Assembly: GCA_964276515.1 (NCBI GenBank)
Contig: OZ193910.1
Span: 6,758,001-6,822,000, forward strand
Direction: 5' to 3'
From: Gordius albopunctatus
Lineage: Eukaryota
Length of the DNA stretch: 64,000 nt
A program made the translations under genes and the position numbers. The notes below the pieces were generated by a model that saw nothing but the letters and a program-made list of their open reading frames with translations, ran no database searches and was not told the origin of the DNA. Shown here in pieces: positions 51,801 to 64,000 of this stretch (the stretch's first letter is position 1; each line of letters opens with the position of its first letter).

Positions 51801-54800
51801 TTTTTGTCTTAACTTGACTCGTGTTGTAATTAGACCGTTTAAACTATACTATTTTAAAGTTAAGATATTAAAATTAGACCGAAATTTTTTTAACCCTGGA
51901 ATCCATTGGTACGATTTTAACCCCGCCAGCCTAAAAGGAATAAAAATCTGATCTGAACAATAATCCCGCGGAACTATTAACTTAGGTTAAAATCTACTTT
52001 GATTGATCTCGTTTTTCTCCACCCATTTTAAAATCAACCGTACGCGAATTTTTTTTATAAAAACCAAATCGTCAATGGATCAGATGTTGGTCACTCGTGC
52101 CTGTCTTTAGTTTGGGACCAATTTTGGCTGCTTAAAAATAACCAACACTCTTCGTTTTTTTTGATGCCATGTAAAATATTTTCGATATATTATTAATGTA
52201 CGGCATATATATATAAATATTTATATTTTAGTTTTTAAATTGTTCTATTTGAGTCCTAGCTAGCCATTAATTTTCTACGACGCCAAATTAATTAAATATT
52301 TTCAAGGCAATAAACCTATGAATTTTTGTGTGCATTTTTAGCGATGGCCAAAATTAGCGAGTCTTCTTGGGAAGATGCCGAAGATACTGATGATGATGAT
52401 AATGATTCATCCGTTTCCTTCAAAGGTAATTATAATTGCACGATGTAGAAATAATTATTTTGCTGCCCTGGTAGAACCCTTGCAAGATGACGAAGATGAT
52501 ATAGACGAGCAAAAACAAAAATATTTGGAAGCCGTTGCACCCTCTGTAAGTCTTATTCATGTTTCAATTTAATTGTTCAATTTGTTTTACCCCTAGTTAT
52601 TTAATCAAGTCATATTTAGATTAGACTATTTATTTATTTTAATTTTTTGTTTAACATAATAAAGTTTTTGCAAGAATTTCCATCTAGTGGTGAGAAAAAC
52701 CTTAGGTGGGGTGGACCTTAGGTTCGCCCAAGGTCAGGTTTTAGGTTAGGTTGTTTTCAAAGTTTTAACGAATTTTATGTTTTGCCCCCCCCCCCCCCCT
52801 AATTGAACTTAAAACATTTATTTTTATCAACTTATAGAGGTATAACATCACTATTATAGTTAAAAATTAAAATCAGAGCACGCTTCCTGCACGATATTTA
52901 TTCAATAACTATCCCCTACCCCTCCTTAACTACTGCATAGCAGTCTTGTTAACGCTCCTTTTTAAAAGTAGCGACTCCCGCTCCCGCTCCTACCTTCTGA
53001 AAAGGGGCGAACTCCCGCTACTACATATTAAAAGGAGCGCTCCCGCTCCAACTAATGGAGTGCCGCTCCATAACCGCTCCTTTGATTTTTATTTTTTTAG
53101 AAGGTACACGAAACAAAATCATATTTTTTATCAAAACGTTTTATTTTTATTATATGATATATCAAAATATTTATAATCTTTTATTAGCTTTTAAAAGTAA
53201 TAAATTTTCTAAATTAGAATCTAACACCCACGCTTCTCCCCTAAGACCTGTTTTGAGATACTAAATAGGCGCTCCACATGAGCACTAGAGGGAAGCGGGG
53301 TATTGTATTTAATAAAAATATTTTTTAATTCATGGAATTGTTCAAAAATAGTAATTTTGCTATCATTATTTAAAAAATATCTATCCAATATATTATTTTC
53401 ATGGTAATCGATTTCATGTAATCCAAAGAAATCTTTCAAATCATTACAAGGTTCCCGTGAACTAGTTGTAGCGGGTATTTGTTTCCTTAAAAAATTAATT
53501 TAAATTTAGAAAAAAAATGTATAAAAAAGAGGTTGAACAAGTAATGAGAAAATTAAAATAAATATAAAAGAGCATCATATCTGGCAACCCAAGCTCAACT
53601 AATGTAATGAATTGCCCAAAAATAATTAAAACCATTTTAAAAAATTATTATAAAATAAAGAAATATTGATTTTACCTTAAGGTGTTTTTTTAAATTCAAG
53701 CTGCTGATTTTAGAGAAAGAAATCATTTTGTTGTTAATGCACAATAGACATTTCGCCTTTAAAGCTTGAAATATTTTTTGCATAGTGGAAATGGAAATTT
53801 GGTTTCTTTTTCTATAATCTCTACTAAATCCATAATAAAACTATTTTTTATTATATATCTATAAAATGAATATTAATATGACTTACAAGATTTTTCAAAA
53901 AATTTTCAATATAAAAAGGAAAAACTCATGTTTAATGTTTCAAATGATTAGATTAAAAATCAATATAAAACTCGCTCAACATTTAATAATGAATAAATAA
54001 AATAAAATTATATTTTTATTAAATTTAAAGGAGTGGAGGAGCGCGCTCCAGCCCTAAAAGGAGCTACTCCCGCTCCAGCTTTTTTTGAAAAAATGTAGCG
54101 GCGCTGCGGAGCGCCGCTCCTTAACAAGACTGCTGCATAGCTTGTAGCAGCACGCACTACTCCTTTCCTCTCTTAACTTATGGATATGCGTCATAACATA
54201 GTAATTAGTAGCGCATCGCCTCCCATACAAAATAATATTTAGGTGATGTGGGGTTGGAGCGGGGCTTTGATTCGGGTGTGAATATTTTGGAGCAAGGGGG
54301 GGGGAGAGTTATATACACAAACCACACATACACAGTAGCTTATATATAAAGGGCAATGCGTATAAGGATATAATGTGTTCATCTAAATTAAAATCGTTTA
54401 CAGATGGCGATAACCTAAATAATACATTTAAATTTATTATTACGATATAGTCGAGTATTTATTTTATATTATTATTTTATATATTGATATTAGGATACAA
54501 TATTAATTTAATAAACAAAATTGCTTAGTGACTGTAGTTCAGTCAAAATATTAGCATATAAAAACCATACCTTATGAATGGAAACTCCAAGGTGACCTGA
54601 CCTTTGGGTTTGTCAGGGTTTTGGGATTCGTTCCGACCTAAGAATTTGGGCTAGAGTTTGAATCTAGCCCCAAAATTTTAGTTGGGGAACCCTTAGGTGG
54701 ATGCAAAACCCAGGCTAAACCTGAAATGTTTTAGGTAAGGTTGTTTTAAAACCTCGAGGCTTTAAAACAACCTTACCTAAAACCTCAGGCTTGTGTTTAT

Positions 54801-57045
54801 AAAGCCCCGAGTTTTCCCATCTCTATTTCCATCGCTAAAGTGGGTGATATAACCTCCGCAATGGAGTAATGGGGTGAACTCTTTTATGAATGCCTCTTGC
54901 GACAAAACGATTCGATTCAAAAATAAAACAACTAGGTTGTACTTGTAATATAACTTATCGGGAAAGCCTTAAAAATAATTTTTGCATCTATCTTGCTTAT
55001 TTGATTTAATAGAAAACTCACCTACTTCTCTTTAATTTATATCACAAAATCGCGACAGGGCCTTCCTTTTCTAATACATTTTTATCTGCATATAAAATCC
55101 ATCTGTAAAATAGACGCGTAATCTTAACGTAAAACTTATAAAAACATTTTCTTTGTAGCGAATCATTATTATTCAAGGATAAAAGGCTTTCGATTTAATA
55201 ACCATCTCAAGTTCTTTTCTTTCATATAGTCCTATTATGCTTGATTTTTGGGCTTTACTAATTTTAGCACAAAATAAAAGGTAAAAAAGGATGCGATTCA
55301 ATAAACATCTAAAGTTCATTTTTTAACAACTAACAAGCCAAATTAGAGGCCTGCAGTGGACCTCTTTAGGTAATACCCGCCTTATAAATATTTAAAAACT
55401 CGGGCCTAGCCTGAGGTCGGGCTCAGTCCGCTAATTTTTACAAAAATTGAGCCCGGCCCTTATGAATGTTTTTTATCCCTTGTTATTTAATATTTAATTA
55501 ACTTGCTTAGATATGGGCGTAGCCCGCTTTGAGATTAGAGAGGGGCAAAAATGATTTAGGAAGGGGTAAAATTATAATTTTTTGAAATTTTAGGCATAAT
55601 TTTAATAAATTTCAACAAATTTCTGGATTTAGAGGAGGCAACCGCCCCTCCCTGCCTCCCCCCTATTGGCTACGCCCGTGTGCTTAGATAATTTATAGTC
55701 ATTTTGCACTCTGCCTAACTAATCGTAGCACGATTCATCCATCATCGACACATCGGTCATTGGCGACGGTGAAATGAATGGTACACTCAATAATAACCAT
55801 CAAAGTATGTGTCCTGATGAGGGCAACACAGGGGGAAATATCAGTGACTCGGACCACGATGCGGGAGGACAAGATATCGATGACGATGATGACGACGACG
55901 AAGAGGAAACAGTCCTGGATTCGTATACGAGCATCGTCGACCAAAAAGATTCCCCCCTCAACGAATACATCATTTTTAAAAGCGCCATCGAAAGTAAGGG
56001 CCCATTTTGTCGGTCTTTATATCATTTTAAAACAATTATGCGTTTGTACCATAGACTAGAATGTTCGATATGGTTAATTTTGTGTCAAATTTTCATACAT
56101 TTTGAAGAGAGCAATGGTGTATTTTAACCATGTCATTTTGCCCTATAACAGTCAATTTACCTTACTCGCTAGTTTATAAATTAAAACGAACGTCAATAAA
56201 TTAATATTATACAAAATATTGAAGGCGCTATATTATTAAACAAACTCTAATCGCAGTTTTTACATTTTGAATTTTTATGTATTGTATAAATGATATTTAT
56301 TTTAAAATGCTGTTTTTGATATCTACCCAATTCATTTTTTTTTATTTACCTCTTTAAGATTATTTAATTTACGGATAATTTCTATATGATAACAACTTTA
56401 CCATGTTAACTTAAAAATGGTGGAAAAAAGGTACACGTTTTGTGCGTTAATGAGCAGTCTATCTAGTTTATGATTTGTACATAGATTAGATAACCTCTTT
56501 AGCCGAAGGAATTTTTACTATTTTAAAATTTGGTTCTTTATTCTCTGTCGTAATATTAATTTATCGCTTAACCAAAATCTTTAATTTTTATATGATACAA
56601 ATAGCCATGTGGTTTTAAAAGTTTATTCAATTTTTTGAGAAATTTTGTGAAGTTTTAAGAAAATTGGTAATGTAATTATTCAAAATATACTTCTTAAAGC
56701 GCATATTCCACCCCGTTAAAAAGTGGTTAAGTAATTTTCTGTACAATGTTTTAAACAAAAATTATCTTGCTAATTTTAAAACTACCAAAAGGCTATTTCA
56801 CGTAAACTTTAACTAATATTTAATATCTTTATACCTTTATTGTCAGATTTGCAAAGTCAAGATGCTATCCTTTACAACACCTTGTTTTCCAATCTGAATG
56901 CAAAGGATTTAGGCTTGTTTAAAGCGATTTATCAAAAAGTTGAGACGAAGATCATGTCCGGTAACTTTTAAACAATTATAAAATTAAGCTAATTTTAATT
57001 TCAGGTGAAAGCACAAAAAAATTGTCGGTATCTAAGATGAGTTAG
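42824..57045 (+). CDS. IPO7: Importin-7 (RanBP7 / Moleskin; importin-7/8 family), 28 exons, about 1087 aa
   Basis: Manually spliced exons: 42824-42910, 42955-43036, 43076-43238, 43279-43437, 43724-43880, 43920-44009, 44064-44158, 44232-44302, 44380-44482, 44521-44566, 45717-45816, 46180-46254, 48038-48273, 48348-48510, 48550-48591, 48634-48752, 48827-48943, 48992-49073, 49110-49235, 49319-49416, 49551-49643, 49701-49933, 51278-51429, 52342-52425, 52475-52545, 55729-55993, 56847-56960, 57005-57045. Total 3264 nt, all introns GT-AG. Motifs: PIRQAAAIYFKN, DFP-x-x-[45 protein letters not shown]-x-K and acidic C-terminal loops. The exon 17 acceptor is the least certain. Confidence 0.93.
45887..46100. 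mobile_element. hAT-like MITE in IPO7 intron 11
   Basis: TIR CAGTGCTGTAAAAA...TTTTTGCAACACTA; internal GGTCGACC repeats; TSD unclear. Confidence 0.7.
50396..51034 (-). mobile_element. Non-autonomous Helitron family A in IPO7 intron 22
   Basis: Same termini as 7093-7432; A|T insertion. Confidence 0.88.
52685..54825. mobile_element. Non-autonomous hAT in IPO7 intron 25, containing a nested hAT
   Basis: TSD TTTCCATC (52677-52684, 54826-54833); imperfect TIR TAGTGGTGAGAAAA / TTTTCCCATCTCTA. Confidence 0.82.
52941..54132 (-). mobile_element. Nested hAT derivative with a dimerisation-domain remnant
   Basis: TIR CAGTCTTGTTAA; TSD CTGCATAG; ORF 53221-53439 reads [24 protein letters not shown] subterminal repeats. 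Confidence 0.9.
55512..55680. mobile_element. hAT MITE (CATGGGCGTAGCC family) in IPO7 intron 25
   Basis: TSD TGCTTAGA (55504-55511, 55681-55688); similar to 17716-17884. Confidence 0.88.
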
Positions 57046-58149
57046 TACGTAAATTCTCATAGTCCAACGCCTCTTTACGAAATGAGTGCAAACCAATTTT
57101 GGAGCCTTCCATTTTTATAACTGCATACCCTATTGTAATATGTAATTAATTCTTTCGTTGTGTTTTAAAATTGTTATTAAATCGTTGTTTTTCATTTGTT
57201 TGAGCATTATTTTCACTCTCGCCCTATAAAATCATTTGAGTAAAAGCCCTATTATTAATTTAATTATTACCCTAGTATTTTAGGGATAACTTTAACCAGT
57301 ATGTGAACATTTTTTATCCATTTTTAATTATTAAATTAAAGTCAAAGTAAAACTTAGGTAGGAGGGAGTTTTATGCATTGAATTCGAACCTTGGTGCAGG
57401 CTACCAATGTTTAATATAAATGTGAATGGAGCCAAATAAAAAAGTTAAGCATTATAAAAACCGAATAATTAAAAAATTTACCTTTTCCGAGAAGATTTTT
57501 TTGGACAATTTTCCTAGAAATAATAATTTGACTATTTTATTTTCAACTCATTTAAAATGCAAAAAAGTTATTATCTTGTGATAAGTATTTATATACATTT
57601 TCACATTCAAGATTATCTCTTTTAGTTTATTAAATATTACACACCTTGATGCATACACATATATTTAGAAGACAACATTAAACCCTATTTGTTATTATTT
57701 GAATCAATGAAAATTAGAACAGTTAAGTAAATAATTATATGTAACTATTTTCTTTGAAAAAAAATTAAATGTGATTAGTTACTTTAAATGAAAGGGAACT
57801 GTAAATATACTTGGTTACATTATTTAAGCAACTGTTTAATAAGGTTACAGTTATTTTTTATAAATTTAAAAAGTGGCAACTAGCGATGTAAATAAAAAGA
57901 TTGTAAAAATATAGGATTTTAAAACTGCCTATTTGCCATAAATTTAAATGATAAAAGGGGGGAGGCGGGAAATTCCCACCCCCTTAACAAAATTAACTTT
58001 GTGATTACATCCCACAATCCGACCAATAATTCTGATAGAGAATTTGGCGCTGAAAAATAATCTGTTTTTAGTTTTTTTACAATTATTATTAGTTTTTTTT
58101 AGATATACGAGGCTGAAGGTGCCAAAAATGCCCTTTTTGATTTTTTCGT

Positions 58150-61100
58150 AATAATGAAAGCGCTAGGGCGTCCTCCATAAACGACGCGCATGGTAGGCGC
58201 CCGTATCATGTGAAAAGTCAACGAGCGTCACTACATCTTTCTCAAACGGATGTTAAAGAAAATAGTTTGCTAAGGAGGAGATTGAGAGTGGCCTCGCTAA
58301 ATGTTGGAACGATGCCTGCAAAATGCCGAGAAGTTGCTGACACCCTCAGCAAGCGACGGGTCGATATAGCGCGTATACAGGAAACAAGATGGAAAGACGC
58401 AAAAGCAAGGATGATAGGTGAAGCCTATAAACTTTACTTCAATGGCCTAGAAACGAATAAAAATGGCGTGGCAATAATACTAGCCTCACATCTGCAAGAT
58501 AAAGCCATTGAGGTACAAAGAAAAAGTGGGCGACTCATGATGTTGAAACTATGCATAGAAGGTCAAATGATTAATGTAGTTTCCGGATATGCTCTGCAAA
58601 CAGGATGCACAGATCAAGAAAAGGAGGAATTTCGGGATAAATTAGACGAAATGCTGCGAATGATACCCAGAGCCGAGATAGTTATAATTGGAGCCGATAT
58701 GAATGGTCACGTAGGCAAAACTAGAGAAGGATTTGAACGGTACCATCGTGGAAATGGCTACGGAGCGAGAAATGATGAAGGCGACGAAATATTGAAAATA
58801 GAAGTTGCATTTGATTTGGCCATCACAAATACCTTCTTCAAAAAGAGTTGAAATCGATCTTTGCAGATTGACCTTCTCCTAATATCAAGAAAGAAATTAA
58901 AGAATGTACGAGATTGTAAGGTGATACCAGGTGAGGCTATTGCAGCCCAGCATAGACTTGTTGTGATGGACTATACCATTTCCAAGGCGAAAACACAAAA
59001 GCCGAAGAGATTAAATGGGAACCAAAATTGAAAGATATTTACAATAACCAAATATTTGAAAGGCTGAAAATAGATGATGAGCAGAATGCTAACGATATGT
59101 GGAATAACATAGCTAACACGGTACAATCAGTAGGGAGATGTGTTCCAGAAGGAGGTAAACCAGGTATACAAAAAGATAAGGAGACATGGTGGTGGAACGA
59201 AGACGTGCAACGCCTGGTCAAGTTGAAAAGAAAGCTTTACAAATTATTGTCAGGCTACAGAAATGAAGAAACATGATTGGCATATGCGAAAGCTAAAAAT
59301 GAGGCAAAACGTTGTGTAGCCAAGGCTAAAACAGAGGTCTACGAGAATTTGAATGCCAAGTTAACCAGTAAAGAAGGGGAAAGAATGATCTACAAAATCG
59401 CAAAGACCAAGGCAAGGAACTCAAAGGATGTGATAAACGTGAAAACCATAAAGAGCAAAGATGGCATCACTCTAACTCTGGACCATCAAATCATAGATCG
59501 TTGGAAAGAATACTATAAAGAATTATTAAACAGTGAAAATGTGTTTTCGACTACTGCGATAGCAAGAACTATGAATATGACCCAGAGTTAGAAGTGACAG
59601 AATAAGAGGTTGACCAGGTGCTTAAAAAGACCTGATAATATACCTATGGAAGTTTATAAAATTCTAGGACCCTTAGGTGTAATCTACTTGCAAAGCTGTT
59701 TAACAAAATACTTGCAAGTGGTATGATGCCTGATGAGTGGAGGGAAAGCTATGTTATACCTATCGATAAATTGAACAGAGATGTACAAGAATGCAACAAC
59801 TATCGAAGATAAAGTTAACGAGTCACGTAATGAAGGTGTGGGAAAAGGTTATAGAAGCTAGACTCCGAAAAATAATATCAATAGATGAACGACAATTTGG
59901 GTTCATGCCTGGAAAGTCGACTTCAGATGCAATGCATGGTCTTAGGAGACCTATGGAAGTATAGAAGGAAAAACTCATCGATCTTGAGAAAGCTTTCGAT
60001 AAAGTGCCAAGGCAGTTGATATGGGACAGCCTGAGTTCCAATGGTGTACCCGAGGCTTATATAATGTTAATAAAGGATATGTATAGAAACGCAAAAACCA
60101 AAGTACGGACATCCAGTGGGACATCAAAGGGATTCAGTCTAAATGTCGGTGTGCATCAAGGATCGGCCCTAAGTCCATTGCTCTTCATAACAATAATAGA
60201 TTCGATAACGAAGGACCTGAAACGCGAATCACCTTGGGCAATGCTCTTTGCGGATGATAAACGTGGAATTAGCAGAGCAGGTAAAAGTCTGGATGGAACG
60301 AATTAAAAGCAAAGGCATTAGGGTCAACCTGTAAAAACTGAATATGTGTGCTTGGAGTCGGGGAATGAATACAAAGAAGTACACCTGCAAATCGATGACT
60401 GGTGTTTAAGCAGCAGGAAAGAATTCAAATATCTTGGTTCTAGGGTACAATGTGATGGAGGTGTGGAAAACGAAATTAAGGCAAGAATAAACGCAGGCTG
60501 GCTAAAATTCAGGGAGTTGAGTGGTGTCCTATGTGACAAGCACATACCACTCAAATTGAAAGGACGGTCATATAACACCGTTATTGTACCCACGGTATTG
60601 TATGGAGCGGAAACCTGGGCAATTAAGGCAAAAGAGGAGCAAAGCTTGGCTACAATGGAGATGCGAATGTTGAGATGGATCTTGGTAATAAGCAAAAAGG
60701 ACCATATAAGGAATCAAGACATAAGGGATAAACTAAATTTAGTTCCGATTCAGAGAAAGTTGGTGGTAAGAAGATTGAGATGGTATGGCCATTTGGAGAG
60801 ACGGGAGGAAAGTTACTTGGCAAATCGTATCAAGAAAGTGCAAGTCGAAGGTAAGATGGAAGTAGAGATGTCATATTTTCCCAAACGCAAGCTCCTGGGA
60901 AATTTCCAAGGGAAATTAATAAATAGATATATGTACGGTGAGTCAACAACTCATAAAAATGACACAAACACAAAAAGCAACCAATTTTACATTGAGTTTA
61001 AAGAGATTTATTAAAAATTTTATAGCAAACGATTACATAATTTAATAAATGCATCAAGCAATTTTAGGTTATTTATGTATGTATAAAAAAAGAGTATTAT

Positions 61101-63550
61101 TCGGTCACAGATTCCATTATCTCTAAATCTTCATCTGTGCAATCTTATGATGATATTGCGTGATGATCGGGTGGGGATACACGATTAATAAGGTGTAAAT
61201 TGTGCCTTATGGTCACAATTTTGCGTACTTTGTCATTTGTTAATTTGTTTCTGATCTTAGTGTGAACATTCCCGAATGTTGACCAAATTCTTTCTGAGGC
61301 CGCACTAGAAGGCGGCATTGAAAATAATCTGACAGCTAGCGGACTGATCGCTTGAATAGTACACATTCCTTTCCACCAAACTAATTGCGTCGTGTAATCA
61401 ACACTAGCCCATATGCCCGCCTCGGCCCAGACTCTTTCCCTTGCACGAAATTCGGCTAAATTTCCCATCACCTTTCCAAGGTTAAGTGGCATATTATTGC
61501 ACAAGCATGTAATACATTTAAAGGCTTTGTTTACATCTTTGTCACACATATTTTTTCCGCAAAAACGCGGATCCAGCATGTATGCTGTTAAATGTAGGTC
61601 TTGGCAACAAAAATGTTGCCTTTTTCTAATTAGAGGGGTTATATTATTCCTCCTGTACCATGAGGAACCTTCGTCTAACGATCCACGTATCAAATTAAAT
61701 GCTTCAACCACATCGGACAAAAATGCTCTGTCCCCTTCTACCTGCAGAATTTTAATATAAATAATCTTCAGGAGGGGAAAAATTGTTGAAAGAAAATCCC
61801 AAAAATTTTCGTTATCTAAAAGAATATTTCTTTTTTTGTCATGAAAGCTTGAACTAATCGCCATCTCTTGGAGAATAGCTTTGTTTGCTAGTAAACTCTC
61901 AAGCATAGTGACAACCCCGCCCCATCTAGTGAGGCCTGTAACTTTTAAAGAAATTGCATTTCCCTTTAGCAATTGTTTATCTTTCAAAACCGCAGTAAGA
62001 ATTGCATTGCGCTTTATATATTTTATAATATTTTTTGCTTTGTTGATAAAACGATGAATGACCTGATTTTTTGAACAAATGTTTTTTATCAGTAGATTTA
62101 AACCATGGGCTGAACACCCAAAACATCCGAGTGTGTTATAATTGGCCTTTTTTCATATTCGCTGCATTATCGGTTACAACAGCATTCACTTTTTCTTCCC
62201 CAATTTGTTGTATTTTCAATTTGTTGTATTTTATTGCTTATTTCTTGTGTGATGGTTAGAACCTGTATTCACACACCCTAAAAATATGGGGCTTGGAGTC
62301 ATTACTATAAAGTTTATTATCTTTTCTCCACGCAAATTCGTCCATCCGTCACTAATTAATGTCATATTTCTAGATTGATCTAATCTCATAGTTACAAGTT
62401 CATTAACTTTTTCATAATGGTAATCCAATAAAGTAGTACTAAACATAAGTCTTGATGGAATTTTATAAGAAGGCCTTAATAGCTGAAAAAAAATTTTCCA
62501 GTAAATATTATCAAACATTTTGAAAGGACAGTTTGACATATATAATGCTAATGATAATAATTGATCCAATTTTTTTTGATCATCTTGGGGCATCTTATCA
62601 AAAAATTTACTAATGTTAGTTTTAGTTGTGGAAGGTATTGTTGTTTCATCTTTAATCAAGCTTGGATTGTCCGTGGTTACACTTACAACACTTGGAGTGG
62701 ATGATGTGGTTTCTGAGCAAATAAATGGCTGTTCTAATTTATTGTATTTAGGGCACTTGGTTATATGCAAAGTCATTTTGGTAGAGTTAGGAAAATTTTA
62801 TTTTGAATTGCAGTATTTACATAACACAATGCATCATACTTTTTTATTTTGTGCAGTTATCTTGATAAAATGGTTACAGATATCTGAGTGTTTTTGGGCA
62901 TAATCCTATTTCCTATAAGATATTTATTATGTATTGTAGTTTACCTTGCAAGATGTTTGCTTTTAATTGAACTTTTAGTGATATGGAAATATATAATTTA
63001 AAAATTTATCTTTGAGGATGTTTGCTAGTACTGTAATGTAGATTTTAGATACTAATAAGAATAACTAATAAATAATTAGGAAATTTAACTTTTGAAATAA
63101 TTCTTTTTTTATGTATAGTCTTTTGTAGATTATAAGTATATAATTTCTAATTTCTAGTAATTTATTAATAAATTTTGCAAGTTTACCTCTTGAAATGTTT
63201 GTTTTAGCTTTACACAGTTACTAGATTGATAATAAGGAAAACAGATGATATATGCGCCGATGTTAATTAAAAAATAAATAGCCTCGAGGCAAATAGAATA
63301 ACATTTAAAAAAATATAATAAATGATATATCACTTACAATTAGTTATCAGGAAAATTATGGGAAAATTACAAATTTCCCATGGGAAATTCCCAAATTTCC
63401 CTATACCTACATCTCTAGATGGAAGCATAAAATTGATATAGACTTAAAAAGGTACTACCTAAAGCGAAGCTGGTGTAAGTGCAGGAATACATGGAGAACC
63501 TACTTGAAGGAGCTGACCACTAAATGTGATAAACAGCTATAGGAAAAAAA
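58150..63550 (+). mobile_element. Near full-length degenerate RTE LINE (second family), interrupted near its 3' end by a hAT
   Basis: APE 58210-58851 (LNVGTM, IQETRW, GADMNGHVG); RT 60004-60306 (GVHQGSALSP, LFADD); C-terminus 60346-60860. Ends approximate. Confidence 0.9.
60863..63417 (-). mobile_element. Near full-length hAT transposon with a frameshifted transposase (BED, DUF659-like DDE core, dimerisation domain)
   Basis: TIR TAGAGATGT...ACATCTCTA; TSD GATGGAAG (60855-60862, 63418-63425). ORFs 62231-62776 (LISDGWTN) and 61145-61987 (TRWG, SSAASERIWSTFG). Confidence 0.93.
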
Positions 63551-63873
63551 ATTAGTGAAAAATAGTAATATATTTATGTAGATTAAATTCATCTATAGGT
63601 CCATTAATTTATTTATTTTGTTAAACCTCTATATTTACATTTAGCCGCGTTTTTGTGAACCCCTTCCCCTTATCAAAATTTGTCCCACTATGTCTGGAAA
63701 AAGGAGTACATTAGAGCACATATACATACTAACACTACACACGCGCTGTTTACTAACCCATCTCTTCCACTCCCGACCCCATATGATTTATACTCAACCA
63801 GTCTAATGCACAAAAGGTCTATACAAACTAGAGGCAAAATCTCATTACTTAAAATATAAATTTTATATAATTA

Positions 63874-63921
63874 CTAGAGAACCCGGCAAACGTTTTTTTG
63901 CCATTTACCCGGGTGTATTAG
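63874..63921 (-). mobile_element. Isolated Helitron family A 3' terminus
   Basis: CTAGAGAACCCGGCAAACGTTTTTTTGCCATTTACCCGGGTGTATTA matches the other family-A ends. Confidence 0.7.
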
Positions 63922-64000
63922 CAGAATATATATCATCTTATAGATAAATTTCAATAGATTAAGAATATATCAAATATAATTGATAAGTGTTTATTATGCA

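Noticed and set aside
57043..57120. Programmed stop-codon readthrough of IPO7
   Set aside because: TAG-T is not a leaky context and a 24-codon open stretch can arise by chance; no conservation data.

Overview
AT-rich, repeat-dense eukaryotic genomic DNA, most likely from an invertebrate animal. One clear host gene is present: a 28-exon importin-7 (IPO7/Moleskin-like, + strand, 42824-57045, about 1087 aa) with many 36-50 nt introns. A possible intronless single-TM microprotein (COX6C-like?) lies at 24365-24616. Most of the rest is nested transposable elements whose borders can often be read from target-site duplications (TSDs). These include an intact, apparently very young CsRn1-type Gypsy element (869-5211, identical 200-bp LTRs) inserted into an older relative, and two small non-autonomous LTR elements. 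There are also RTE LINEs, many hAT derivatives/MITEs with 8-bp TSDs, a Mutator/Foldback-like element carrying a tRNA-like segment, several Helitrons (some nested) and a Penelope-like remnant with an inverted pseudo-LTR and a hammerhead-like motif. I see no prokaryotic-type system or CRISPR array and cannot claim a new biological system. The most interesting leads are element-borne RNA motifs, an autonomous/non-autonomous TG...AA LTR pair, a recurrent insertion site within a Helitron, and an IPO7 lacking its usual C-terminal FxFG-like tail. All coordinates were read by eye; no database searches were run.
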